A program made the position numbers and the translations under genes. 32,000 nucleotides of DNA from the NCBI RefSeq assembly GCF_013167975.1, contig NZ_CP038386.1; one strand, written 5' to 3'. Below the pieces are notes generated by a model, which was given only the letters and a program-made list of their open reading frames with translations, did not search any database and was not told the DNA's origin. Of the stretch, positions 7,617 through 14,818 are shown piece by piece. Each line of letters begins with the position of its first letter. Position 1 is the stretch's first letter. The stretch is from Escherichia coli O55:H7. Its GTDB lineage: Bacteria; Pseudomonadota; Gammaproteobacteria; Enterobacterales; Enterobacteriaceae.

Positions 7617-7752
7617 ATAAATGACACAATATCTTGACAACATCCGTCACTGTCTGTCAGAAAATGTACCGCCATATAGAAGCAACATGTGAAGTACATC
7701 TATCCTTTTGAGCCAGCACCTCTTCACCGAAAGTCAGTGCTGGCTGTTTTTT
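7617..7752 (+). repeat. Module A: TTGACA box plus a + strand intrinsic-terminator hairpin (candidate sRNA unit)
   Basis: TTGACA lies at 7634-7639 and CTGTCTGT at 7650-7657. The stem agccagcac (7711-7719) pairs with gtgctggct (7737-7745), followed by gtttttt. It is homologous to module B. Confidence 0.45.
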
Positions 7753-7786
7753 CCTTAATAAAGCATCTGTAACTGAAACAATCCGC

Positions 7787-7898
7787 ATATTGATAATATA
7801 TTGACAGGCATCATTGCTGTCTGTGAAAAATAAGTCTCTACAAACATATAAGGCCTTTTAGCCAGCGTCTTCTTTCAGGTCAGTCGCTGGCTTTTTTT
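7787..7898 (+). repeat. Module B: diverged tandem copy of module A
   Basis: TTGACA lies at 7801-7806 and CTGTCTGT at 7817-7824, the same 10-nt spacing as in A. The stem agccagcg (7860-7867) pairs with cgctggct (7885-7892), followed by ttttttt. Confidence 0.45.
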
Positions 7899-7899
7899 A

Positions 7900-9741
7900 T
7901 TATGCTGCCGGTGCATTTATCTCCAGCACCAGACTTTCTATCTCAACGCCATACGCTGCATTTTTTGTAACATCCGTCAGCGTCAGCGCATTCAGTCCCA
8001 GTGTCAGACTGTCTTTTATAACCTGGAATGCCGGGCCAGCCACTCCATTCAGTTTCGGAGTAACCGTGGCACTGCCGGCGGTGAACACCAGCTCCAGCGC
8101 CTGCCAGTCGTTACTGTAGTTCCCGAATTCCCCCAGCTTCGTGTTTCCTGACTTCCTGTGGTGCATCAGATTCAGTTTGCCGTCGGTGGTCTGCGTAAAG
8201 TACGACATCAGGAACGGATCACCAGTCCCCGTTATCGTCACACCATCAGGAACAGGAGCGTCTGTGTACAGATAAAGCCCCAGTCCAAACTGGTTGTTTG
8301 TCAGAGCACCAGTCAGACGGAACTTACAGGTCAGCTTCCCTCCCCGGCTCAGCAGTGAGGATGCATTCTTCACCGGATGCGATAGTATCCAGCTTTTACC
8401 GCTCTCTTTGACAATTCTCAGTACGCCATCCGATAACTGAACGCTGCCCCCGGTAATACTCCACCCCTGAGAAGCAACATCGCCGGCGGAGGCCAGAAGC
8501 GATATCGATTCCAGGGATGAGTCATCCGGCGACGTAGAGCCACCTGCTGATGGTGTGTTCTCCGGTTTTACACCGGCAATAAATGCCTGTGAGCGCCCTG
8601 CCTGCGACAGGATAGCCGAGGCCATTCTGTCTGCAATAATCCCACGCCGTGCCCAGGCACTGAAATGGCTCGCACGGTCTGCTGACGTCCAGTTGGCCGA
8701 TGTCCGGGATGCCGCCCCGTAATAACCGGCAGCCACGATATCCGGATCTTCCGTCGGCTCATTCGTGGGCGTGTTTTCACCACTGCCACCTGTCATAAAA
8801 GGAACAAAGAAAATATTCTGTGCTTCCTTTCCTTTATAAGCGCCATACACCGCCTCATATTGTGTGGCGTACTTCTGTTTCCAGATGTATGTGGTGTCAC
8901 CACAAATCCACGGCACTTTTTGAGCGCTTCCACCATGACACTGCGCCGCCATACCGGCAAGGTCGCTACGGAACTGCTGCACCATCGACTGGAATGCTGC
9001 AGGCTGCTGAGCATAGCCAGCGTTTGTCATATCGAATTCACCCTGCATCCAGCATACCGCCAGCAGAACATTTTCAGGATTCTTCGCCAGTGCCGCTTTT
9101 GTACGCAGTATCAGATCCTGATATAACGGCTTACCCACTCCCCAGCGCGCAGAGTTCTGGCTGGCCCCCGTAGCTTCACTGAATGTACCATCCGCCCCTG
9201 CTGTAAATGCTGAACCGCCACGGGAGCAGGGAACCAGCAGAATCCCGGCATTTTTTGGGATATACGGCAGCAGACGTTTGGCGATATGTAAGCCCTGTCC
9301 GACACACCCATACTGACCTTTGCTTAAATCTGCTTCAGGGTGACTGAACACACTCATATCCTGCACATCATGCAGACAATGATCTGCCGGGATCACATCG
9401 TTAAATACACATGCCTCTCCGCCAGGCGTCACCGTACTGCGACGTGCCAACTGCTTAATACGCGGATCAGGCGCATCATATGAATCAGGAAGAGGAATAC
9501 CCTCACCATAAGACATGGCATTGGACTGTCCGGCCAGCACGACCACGTAGTACCACTCCGGCTCAGTTGTGCCACTGACCACCACATCACCTTCTGCTGC
9601 AATCGCCTGCATCAGGGTATAAGGAGTTATGGCCACAGGGCTACCAAACGGCTGCCAGCCTTCTTTCAGTTTTTGCGTGAGCTTGTCCGCCAGATCTGAT
9701 GGCGATGCTGCCCGCACAATATCGTAACGATTAATCGACAT
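7900..9741 (-). CDS. nanS-p: Prophage 9-O-acetyl-sialic acid esterase NanS-p (DUF1737 N-domain plus SASA/SGNH esterase)
   Basis: It starts MSINRYDIVRAASPSDLADKLTQKLKEGWQPFG (DUF1737-like) behind RBS GGGAGA. VVLAGQSNAMSYGEG is the GQSN esterase motif. Size and position (between the tRNAs and the holin) match the Stx-phage nanS-p/L0105 gene. Confidence 0.8.
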   Translation of the reverse strand: MSINRYDIVRAASPSDLADKLTQKLKEGWQPFGSPVAITPYTLMQAIAAEGDVVVSGTTEPEWYYVVVLAGQSNAMSYGEGIPLPDSYDAPDPRIKQLARRSTVTPGGEACVFNDVIPADHCLHDVQDMSVFSHPEADLSKGQYGCVGQGLHIAKRLLPYIPKNAGILLVPCSRGGSAFTAGADGTFSEATGASQNSARWGVGKPLYQDLILRTKAALAKNPENVLLAVCWMQGEFDMTNAGYAQQPAAFQSMVQQFRSDLAGMAAQCHGGSAQKVPWICGDTTYIWKQKYATQYEAVYGAYKGKEAQNIFFVPFMTGGSGENTPTNEPTEDPDIVAAGYYGAASRTSANWTSADRASHFSAWARRGIIADRMASAILSQAGRSQAFIAGVKPENTPSAGGSTSPDDSSLESISLLASAGDVASQGWSITGGSVQLSDGVLRIVKESGKSWILSHPVKNASSLLSRGGKLTCKFRLTGALTNNQFGLGLYLYTDAPVPDGVTITGTGDPFLMSYFTQTTDGKLNLMHHRKSGNTKLGEFGNYSNDWQALELVFTAGSATVTPKLNGVAGPAFQVIKDSLTLGLNALTLTDVTKNAAYGVEIESLVLEINAPAA

Positions 9742-9825
9742 CGAATTTCTCCCATGCACAGGAATAGAGTAAAAAAGGCCGAAACAGAAGAAAATCACAG
9801 GATGAGCATCTGCCAGTGGCAGATC

Positions 9826-9853
9826 GTAAAAAAAGGCCGCGCCATGCGCAGCC
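9826..9853 (-). terminator. Intrinsic terminator upstream of nanS-p
   Basis: The minus strand reads ggctgcgc-atg-gcgcggcc (8 bp with one G-U) followed by ttttttt. Confidence 0.65.
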
Positions 9854-10037
9854 AAAACTCACAAGGAAAATGATAAGTAGAATCACAACTTTGATATATG
9901 CATGGTCCGGTGGCCGCCCCGGTGAATTCAGTATCAGCACCTGAATCCGCGCCCCCCAGTATTCCAGCCTGCTGATAACCTCTTACACATGGGATTCGCT
10001 ATACGGCAGTATTTCTAATAAACAGTAAGTAAAAAAA

Positions 10038-10268
10038 TCAAGCATTATTCAGACTGTTTCTTTTCATCACCGACCACCGTAATGTCACAATCCCACGCTT
10101 CATCACACCATCAGCCAGTACCGACATCAGACGCCCGGTGAAATCCACTGCCACCACCAGAAACAACATGATGACAGTCAGCCCAAAGCGTGCACTTTCC
10201 ACAGGTACTGCCCCAGCGGTAACTGCAGAGCCTGCGCCAGTGGGTAACCAGCCTACGGATAAAGTCAC
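10038..10268 (-). CDS. Hypothetical small membrane protein occupying the stx-equivalent slot
   Basis: The ORF-track reading frame (10038..10406) overlaps tRNA-Gly and a terminator, so a later start is needed. A GTG at 10268 (GGGA 8 nt upstream) gives 76 aa with one hydrophobic span (FGLTVIMLFLVVAVDF). An alternative ATG gives 43 aa. Confidence 0.3.
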   Translation of the reverse strand: MTLSVGWLPTGAGSAVTAGAVPVESARFGLTVIMLFLVVAVDFTGRLMSVLADGVMKRGIVTLRWSVMKRNSLNNA

Positions 10269-10336
10269 ACTGACTATCCCGTAACCCCGTCCCTGAAAAG
10301 CTTTATGGTTGATATGCACCGAACGTGGCGCAGATA

Positions 10337-10360
10337 TGAAAAAAGCCCGCCGAAGCGAGA
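10337..10360 (-). terminator. Intrinsic terminator after the tRNA cluster
   Basis: The minus strand reads ctcgc-ttcg-gcggg (UUCG tetraloop) followed by cttttttc. Confidence 0.6.
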
Positions 10361-10373
10361 CTGATAATAAATC

Positions 10374-10448
10374 TGGAGCGGGTAGCGGGAATCGAACCCG
10401 CATCATCAGCCTGGAAGGCTGAGGTAATAGCCATTATATGATACCCGC
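10374..10448 (-). tRNA. tRNA-Gly (UCC), glyT-like
   Basis: The reverse complement is GCGGGTATCATATAATGGCTATTACCTCAGCCTTCCAGGCTGATGATGCGGGTTCGATTCCCGCTACCCGCTCCA. It has a perfect acceptor stem, the loop CUUCCAG, a TTCGATT T-loop and an encoded CCA. It is very close to recalled E. coli glyT. Confidence 0.85.
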
Positions 10449-10451
10449 ATA

Positions 10452-10527
10452 TGGTGCCGACTACCGGAATCGAACTGGCGACCTGATGATTACAAGTCAG
10501 TTGCTCTACCATTGGAGCTAAACCAGC
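10452..10527 (-). tRNA. tRNA-Thr (UGU)-like, thrU-related but degenerate (possible pseudo-tRNA)
   Basis: The reverse complement is GCTGGTTTAGCTCCAATGGTAGAGCAACTGACTTGTAATCATCAGGTCGCCAGTTCGATTCCGGTAGTCGGCACCA, with anticodon loop CTTGTAA. The anticodon stem has only 3 Watson-Crick pairs, the acceptor stem has 3 G-U pairs, and position 14 is C. Confidence 0.55.
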
Positions 10528-10532
10528 ATGTT

Positions 10533-10607
10533 TGGCGGGACAGCGTGGACTCGAACCACGATAAGAAGGTTAACAGCCTTCCGTAATGACCTTTATACGA
10601 CTGACCC
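10533..10607 (-). tRNA. tRNA-Asn (GUU)-like
   Basis: The reverse complement is GGGTCAGTCGTATAAAGGTCATTACGGAAGGCTGTTAACCTTCTTATCGTGGTTCGAGTCCACGCTGTCCCGCCA. It has a perfect anticodon stem (GAAGG/CCTTC), the loop CTGTTAA, a perfect T-arm, discriminator G and CCA. There is one U-U mismatch at 4-69 and a weak D-stem. Confidence 0.65.
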
Positions 10608-10610
10608 AAA

Positions 10611-10654
10611 TAAAAAAAGCCACCGTTGCAACTTAAGAGTCACTAACGGCAGCT
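10611..10654 (-). terminator. tR': tR'-type intrinsic terminator immediately downstream of pR'
   Basis: On the minus strand agctgccgtt pairs with aacggtggct (10 bp, two G-U). The 17-nt loop contains a cttaag palindrome, and a T7 run follows. It ends 4 nt before tRNA-Asn. Confidence 0.75.
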
Positions 10655-10663
10655 TACCTTCTA

Positions 10664-10693
10664 ATTATGGCCAAATGGATAATTGCATGTCAA
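10664..10693 (-). promoter_or_regulatory. pR': Late promoter pR' candidate overlapping the last codons of Q
   Basis: The minus strand reads TTGACA (10693-10688), an 18-nt spacer, then CATAAT (10669-10664). The -10 element overlaps the Q stop codon. A TAAGCT -10-like element at about +2 to +7 could act as a sigma-dependent pause site. Confidence 0.65.
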
Positions 10694-11189
10694 GACTTTT
10701 AACAGCAATGTGTTTAACTTTCTCAACACGTTTACGCATTTTGAAAGCATTTTGCATTGGTTGGTACAAAACAAATAATGATGCTTTCAGGATGTCGTCA
10801 ATTTCATTTCTACAGGTTGCCAGTGAAGGTTTTCTCCATCCCTCGCCACCACGTCCACACATCTTGCGTGGCTTTGCAGTCGCGTGATAGTAGGATGCAA
10901 TTGCTCGCTTAGATGAACCATGAGCGTAGTAGCTGAGGAGGATGCCAAAGGCTTTCTTGTCAATGCACATGACGGAATCGACGACCTGAGAAATCAACAT
11001 TCCATCATCATCATTGCACATTGGCCTTGTCATAATTCTTCCCGGCTCTACGCTCTCCATGAACTTCGCTATTACGCTGCTCATGCGCTTTTCCAGACGA
11101 CCTGAATAAACCCATGCGCCCCACAGTTCAAGCCAGCCATTCAGCCAATCGTGCTGTTCTTTGGTGAGGTTTAGTTCTCTTATACCCAT
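10665..11189 (-). CDS. Q: Late antiterminator Q (QuuD / 933W-type family, not lambda-type)
   Basis: 174 aa. [10 protein letters not shown]...[16 protein letters not shown]...[15 protein letters not shown] parallels recalled QuuD/Q933W motifs (LERWGAWA...CCDDD...YGISKRAIA). It lies between the nin region and the late genes. Confidence 0.8.
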   Translation of the reverse strand: MGIRELNLTKEQHDWLNGWLELWGAWVYSGRLEKRMSSVIAKFMESVEPGRIMTRPMCNDDDGMLISQVVDSVMCIDKKAFGILLSYYAHGSSKRAIASYYHATAKPRKMCGRGGEGWRKPSLATCRNEIDDILKASLFVLYQPMQNAFKMRKRVEKVKHIAVKSLDMQLSIWP

Positions 11190-11851
11190 GCGACTTCTCC
11201 CTGTACCTGAATCAATGTGAGGTTTCCGCAGAACACTGCGCCAGTATCGATATACATCTGGTTGGCAAATTTGAGTGGTTTCACTGCTGGCGTATGACCA
11301 AGGATGAACGTGTCCGCGCCTTTGATTTCTTTCACGATCCCGTCTTGTGAGTTGCTGATTCGTTCGCGATTCCAGATTACCTGCTGATTATCAACTGGCT
11401 TTCCAAACTCGTATTCGTCACAAGGATAATCGGCGTGACAGATGACATATTTTTTATCTTTGCTCACCAGTTCGATGATTAATGGAAGTTCATCTGCTTT
11501 ATAAGCAAGTGCTTTAACCAGAATTTCTTGGTCGTAATCGAGATTAAAGAACCAGCCGCCGCCATTAAGCAGCCAGTGATTGACGTTTCCACGCTCTGAC
11601 AAGCCATCAATCATCATTTGCTCATGGTTTCCACGTACAGCTCTGAACCAGGGGAATGTGATTAATTCCAGGCATTCGACGTTCTCTGTACCGCGATCAA
11701 CCAAATCACCCACCGAGATAAGCAGGTCTTTTTTGTTGTCGAATCCAATCGTATCCAGTTTGTTCATCAGGTTCGTGTAGCATCCGTGCAGATCGCCAAC
11801 TACCCAAATATTTCGGTATTTGCTGCCATCAATTCTTTCGTAGATATTCAT
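11180..11851 (-). CDS. ninI: Ser/Thr protein phosphatase (lambda PPase, NinI/orf221)
   Basis: [48 protein letters not shown]...GNHE is near-identical to lambda orf221. Confidence 0.95.
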   Translation of the reverse strand: MNIYERIDGSKYRNIWVVGDLHGCYTNLMNKLDTIGFDNKKDLLISVGDLVDRGTENVECLELITFPWFRAVRGNHEQMMIDGLSERGNVNHWLLNGGGWFFNLDYDQEILVKALAYKADELPLIIELVSKDKKYVICHADYPCDEYEFGKPVDNQQVIWNRERISNSQDGIVKEIKGADTFILGHTPAVKPLKFANQMYIDTGAVFCGNLTLIQVQGEVAWV

Positions 11852-12453
11852 GCAGCCTCACTTCTGCTGTTTCGCAGTTTTTTAAGTTTCTGTTGATACT
11901 CCGCCTTGATGGCCCTGCACTCTTCGACAGTCCAGCGATGGCGGTTATGGTCTGATTCGATTTCCTCTACTGCTTCCTGCCCAATGCGGTTAATCAGTTC
12001 GACACGATACGGAACGAGATTTCCGCTTTTATGCTGGTTGCACACCACGCATTGCTTGTGAATATTGCGTTCATCAAACCGGAGTTGAGGTGCCGCAGCA
12101 GTTGTCCGGTAATGCCCGGCATCCCACTGAGCAGACGTGAGCGTTCCGCACGAGATACATGGTAAGTCGCGGTCTCTTTCTCTGATGAAGGCGTTTACGG
12201 CTTGTTGGGCTTGTTTAATCCAGTAACTGCGGGGCTTTAAGGCGAGTTTTCTAATCTTAAGTTTATCTTTCTGTTTCTGCTCCTCTCGTCGTCGTTTCTT
12301 CTCTGCTGCTTTTTCCGCTTTTTCGCGTTCTTTGCTTCGTCGTTCGAGTGCTAATTGAGTTCCGTGTTCCGGGCAGCACCACCACTGATTTGAGAATGCC
12401 GGGTGAAACCATTCCTTGCATATTTTGCATTTCCTTCGCGCTGGTTTAGCCAT
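11848..12453 (-). CDS. ninG: NinG / Rap recombination endonuclease
   Basis: 201 aa. [11 protein letters not shown]...WWCCPEHG...CISCG...[14 protein letters not shown] matches lambda NinG. Confidence 0.9.
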   Translation of the reverse strand: MAKPARRKCKICKEWFHPAFSNQWWCCPEHGTQLALERRSKEREKAEKAAEKKRRREEQKQKDKLKIRKLALKPRSYWIKQAQQAVNAFIRERDRDLPCISCGTLTSAQWDAGHYRTTAAAPQLRFDERNIHKQCVVCNQHKSGNLVPYRVELINRIGQEAVEEIESDHNRHRWTVEECRAIKAEYQQKLKKLRNSRSEAA

Positions 12454-12616
12454 CGTCTTCTTCCTCGTGCATCGAGCTATTCGGATCGCTCATCAGCTCT
12501 GCACAGCAGTGCTCACACAAGTGAACTTCCAGCACATGCAGCTTCTGACCGCAATTAGCGCACGTTAAAGCCCGCTCGACGCTTTCTTGTTCGTAACTTC
12601 GATTTGGGTCAATCAC
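12446..12616 (-). CDS. ninF: NinF
   Basis: (V)[55 protein letters not shown] matches lambda NinF. A GTG start at 12616 is inferred. The upstream ATG at 12658 is an alternative. Confidence 0.85.
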   Translation of the reverse strand: MIDPNRSYEQESVERALTCANCGQKLHVLEVHLCEHCCAELMSDPNSSMHEEEDDG

Positions 12617-12795
12617 CTTGTATTCCTCGCACGATGTCTTAGCCACCGGATATCCCACAGGTGAGCCGTGTAGTTGAAGGTTTTTACGTCAGATTCTTTT
12701 GGGATTGGCTTGGGTTTATTTCTGGAGCGTTTCGTTGGAAGGTATTTGCAGTTTTCGCAGATGATGTCGGTGATACTTCGTCGTTGTCGCCTCAT
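12613..12795 (-). CDS. ninE: NinE
   Basis: [53 protein letters not shown] matches lambda NinE. The start is the internal Met of the track ORF, with an ATGA overlap with the upstream gene. Confidence 0.9.
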   Translation of the reverse strand: MRRQRRSITDIICENCKYLPTKRSRNKPKPIPKESDVKTFNYTAHLWDIRWLRHRARNTR

Positions 12796-13319
12796 GCCGC
12801 CCTCCTGACGCCCTGCCCGATCGCCATCAATGCCGCTTTGGATACGGTAGTAAACATCCGTCGAGGACTGATGAACGGTCGCCAAATCAGCAGCATGGAG
12901 CCTTTGCTGTTTCCCTTCTTCTCCACCCCCGTCGATGGTTCGATAAAATTAATCCGTCCATCAGTGATAATGCGAACTTCGTCGACACTCTCCAGAGCCT
13001 TGCTGAACCATCCGACTGACATATCCTCTGGCACAAGCATAACTACCGTCTGTCGCTGTTGTATGCACTGCTCAGCGGCTTTTTCCACCCACGGCCTGAT
13101 ATTGCTGTACGGTGGGTTATTCCAGATTGCACCGTGGCTTACCCACTCAGAATTGAGCGCGTCGTCGGCCTCAGTCAGCCAGTGAGCGCACAGAGCATTT
13201 TTGTCGCTCGCTGCTGAATCCAGCCAGAATCCAAACTCAATATCCAGTGCATCAAAAAGCCAGAGCGGCGTTTGCCAGCAGTCCTTGTCGTGTGCTGGCG
13301 TATTTGATTTGATAGTCAT
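12792..13319 (-). CDS. Phage orphan N6-adenine DNA methyltransferase (phage Dam family)
   Basis: 175 aa from [25 protein letters not shown]. It carries the NPPY catalytic motif (WNNPPYSN). ATGA overlaps join it to ninB and ninE. It occupies the ninC/ninD position. Confidence 0.8.
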   Translation of the reverse strand: MTIKSNTPAHDKDCWQTPLWLFDALDIEFGFWLDSAASDKNALCAHWLTEADDALNSEWVSHGAIWNNPPYSNIRPWVEKAAEQCIQQRQTVVMLVPEDMSVGWFSKALESVDEVRIITDGRINFIEPSTGVEKKGNSKGSMLLIWRPFISPRRMFTTVSKAALMAIGQGVRRAA

Positions 13320-13756
13320 GCAGCCCGATCTCCCCATCGCGCTTTCCATTCGAGAGCCAGTCGCGCTTCGTCTGACCACTTAACGCCACGCTCTGTACCG
13401 AATGCCTGTATAAGCTCTAATAGCTCCGCAAATTCGCTTACACGCATCCTGCTGGTTGACTGGCCTATTACCACAAAGCCATTCCCGGCAAGGTTAGGAA
13501 CAACGTCCTGCTGCTTTAATGCTGCTGTAAAAACGCACTTCCAGCTTTCTGCATCCAGCCAGCGACCATGCCATTCAACCTGACGAGAGACGTCACCTAA
13601 GCAGGCCCATAGCTTCCTGTTTTGGTCTAAGCTGCGGTTGCGTTCCTGAATGGTTACTACGATTGGTTTGGTCGGGTCTGGAAGGATTTGCTGTACTGCG
13701 TGAATAGCGTTTTGCTGATGTGCTGGAGATCGAATTTCAAAGGTTAGTTTTTTCAT
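13316..13756 (-). CDS. ninB: NinB / Orf recombination mediator
   Basis: MKKLTFEIRSPAHQQNAIHAVQQILPDPTKPIVVTIQERNRSLDQNRKLWACLGDVS... matches lambda NinB. Confidence 0.95.
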   Translation of the reverse strand: MKKLTFEIRSPAHQQNAIHAVQQILPDPTKPIVVTIQERNRSLDQNRKLWACLGDVSRQVEWHGRWLDAESWKCVFTAALKQQDVVPNLAGNGFVVIGQSTSRMRVSEFAELLELIQAFGTERGVKWSDEARLALEWKARWGDRAA

Positions 13757-13771
13757 GACTTCCCTCTCCCC

Positions 13772-13804
13772 CAAATAAAAAGGCCTGCGATTACCAGCAG
13801 GCCT
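13772..13804 (-). terminator. tR2-like intrinsic terminator between ren and ninB
   Basis: On the minus strand aggcctgc-tggtaatc-gcaggcct forms a perfect 8-bp stem followed by ttttattt. Confidence 0.8.
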
Positions 13805-13829
13805 GTTATTAGCTCAGTGATGTAGATGG

Positions 13830-14120
13830 TCATCTTTTAACTCCATATACCGCCAATACCCGTTTCATCGCGGCACTCTGGCGACACTCCTTAAAAATCA
13901 GGTTCGTGCTCATCTTTCCTTCCCGTTCTTCCCTGGTAGCAAACCGGTAATACACCGTTCGCCAGACCTTACCTTCGATAACCAGAAGACCTGCCCGTGC
14001 CATTTTAGCCGCGGCCTGATTTATGCTGGTTACTGTTGCGCCTGTTAGCGCGGCAACGTCCGGCGCACAGAAGCTCTTGTGCGTCTCCAGATAATGAATA
14101 ATTGCTTCTTTGCCCGTCAT
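13830..14120 (-). CDS. ren: Ren (Rex exclusion-resistance protein)
   Basis: The 96-aa MTGKEAIIHYLETHKSFCAPDVAALTGATVTSINQAAAKMARAGLLVIEGK... is near-identical to lambda Ren. Confidence 0.95.
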   Translation of the reverse strand: MTGKEAIIHYLETHKSFCAPDVAALTGATVTSINQAAAKMARAGLLVIEGKVWRTVYYRFATREEREGKMSTNLIFKECRQSAAMKRVLAVYGVKR

Positions 14121-14818
14121 AGACTTGCTCCTTTCAGTCCGAACTTAGCTTTAATTTCTGCGATCTTCGCCAGCGCCTGAACACGATTTAGAGGTCTTCC
14201 CCCCATGACAGGAAGTTGTTTTACTGGTTCAGGTATTGCCTCACCACGGTTAATTCGCGCGGTCATACAGGTCAGTTCATCGGCAGCCTTGCGCCGTAAT
14301 TCCGCGTCAGTCAGCGCATTGGCTCGCATGTTCTGGTACAGGTTGGTAACCAGCCAGTAGTGCGCGTTCGATTTCCATGGATAAGACTCCGCATCCGGAT
14401 ACAGGCCTCGCTTCCGGCAATACTCGTAAACCATATCAACCAGCTCGCTGACGTTTGGCAGTCCGGCGATAACGGATGCTTCTTCCCGGCACCATGCAAC
14501 AAACTGCCCGGGTGATGGCAGAAATGGTCGATTCTGCCGACGGGCTACGCGCATTCCTGCGTTAACCTGTTCCATTGTGGTGATCCCGTTTTCCCGGAAA
14601 GCCAGAACCCACTGGCGGCGGATTTCGTTCAGTTCGTTCTGGTCACGGTTAGCCAGGCTCGCCGGGAAAGTTGCCAGTAACTGGCTGAACACACCGTTGA
14701 TGATCTGCGCTACCTGCTGTACCTGCGGCTTTTCGTCGTACTGTTCCGGCATGTTGTTGGCGATCCGACGCATCTGCTCACGGTCAAAGTTAACCATCTG
14801 TGCGGCGATGTTTTTCAT
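14117..14818 (-). CDS. P: Replication protein P (DnaB loader)
   Basis: The 233-aa MKNIAAQMVNFDREQMRRIANNMPEQYDEKPQVQQ... is near-identical to lambda P. Confidence 0.97.
   Translation of the reverse strand: MKNIAAQMVNFDREQMRRIANNMPEQYDEKPQVQQVAQIINGVFSQLLATFPASLANRDQNELNEIRRQWVLAFRENGITTMEQVNAGMRVARRQNRPFLPSPGQFVAWCREEASVIAGLPNVSELVDMVYEYCRKRGLYPDAESYPWKSNAHYWLVTNLYQNMRANALTDAELRRKAADELTCMTARINRGEAIPEPVKQLPVMGGRPLNRVQALAKIAEIKAKFGLKGASL

Noticed and set aside
9742-9855. 38-codon N-terminal extension of the nanS-p ORF (651-aa version)
   Set aside because: The extension runs through an intrinsic terminator hairpin and lacks an RBS. The internal ATG at 9741 has GGGAGA upstream and begins the DUF1737-like domain.
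9856-10373. Search for Shiga toxin (stxA/stxB) or another toxin in the Q-tRNA-nanS-p interval
   Set aside because: The interval is too short (~630 bp between the tRNAs and the nanS-p start). It contains no ORFs resembling A or B subunits, only one small hydrophobic ORF and terminators.
10528-10887. 119-aa + strand ORF, and the 69-aa and 122-aa minus-strand ORF starts, overlapping the tRNA cluster
   Set aside because: These reading frames run through the tRNA genes, tR' and the antisense of Q, so they are artefacts of ORF calling.
12661-13185. 174-aa + strand ORF opposite the methyltransferase and ninE
   Set aside because: It lies antisense to two genes with clear homology and ATGA coupling, and has no signals of its own.
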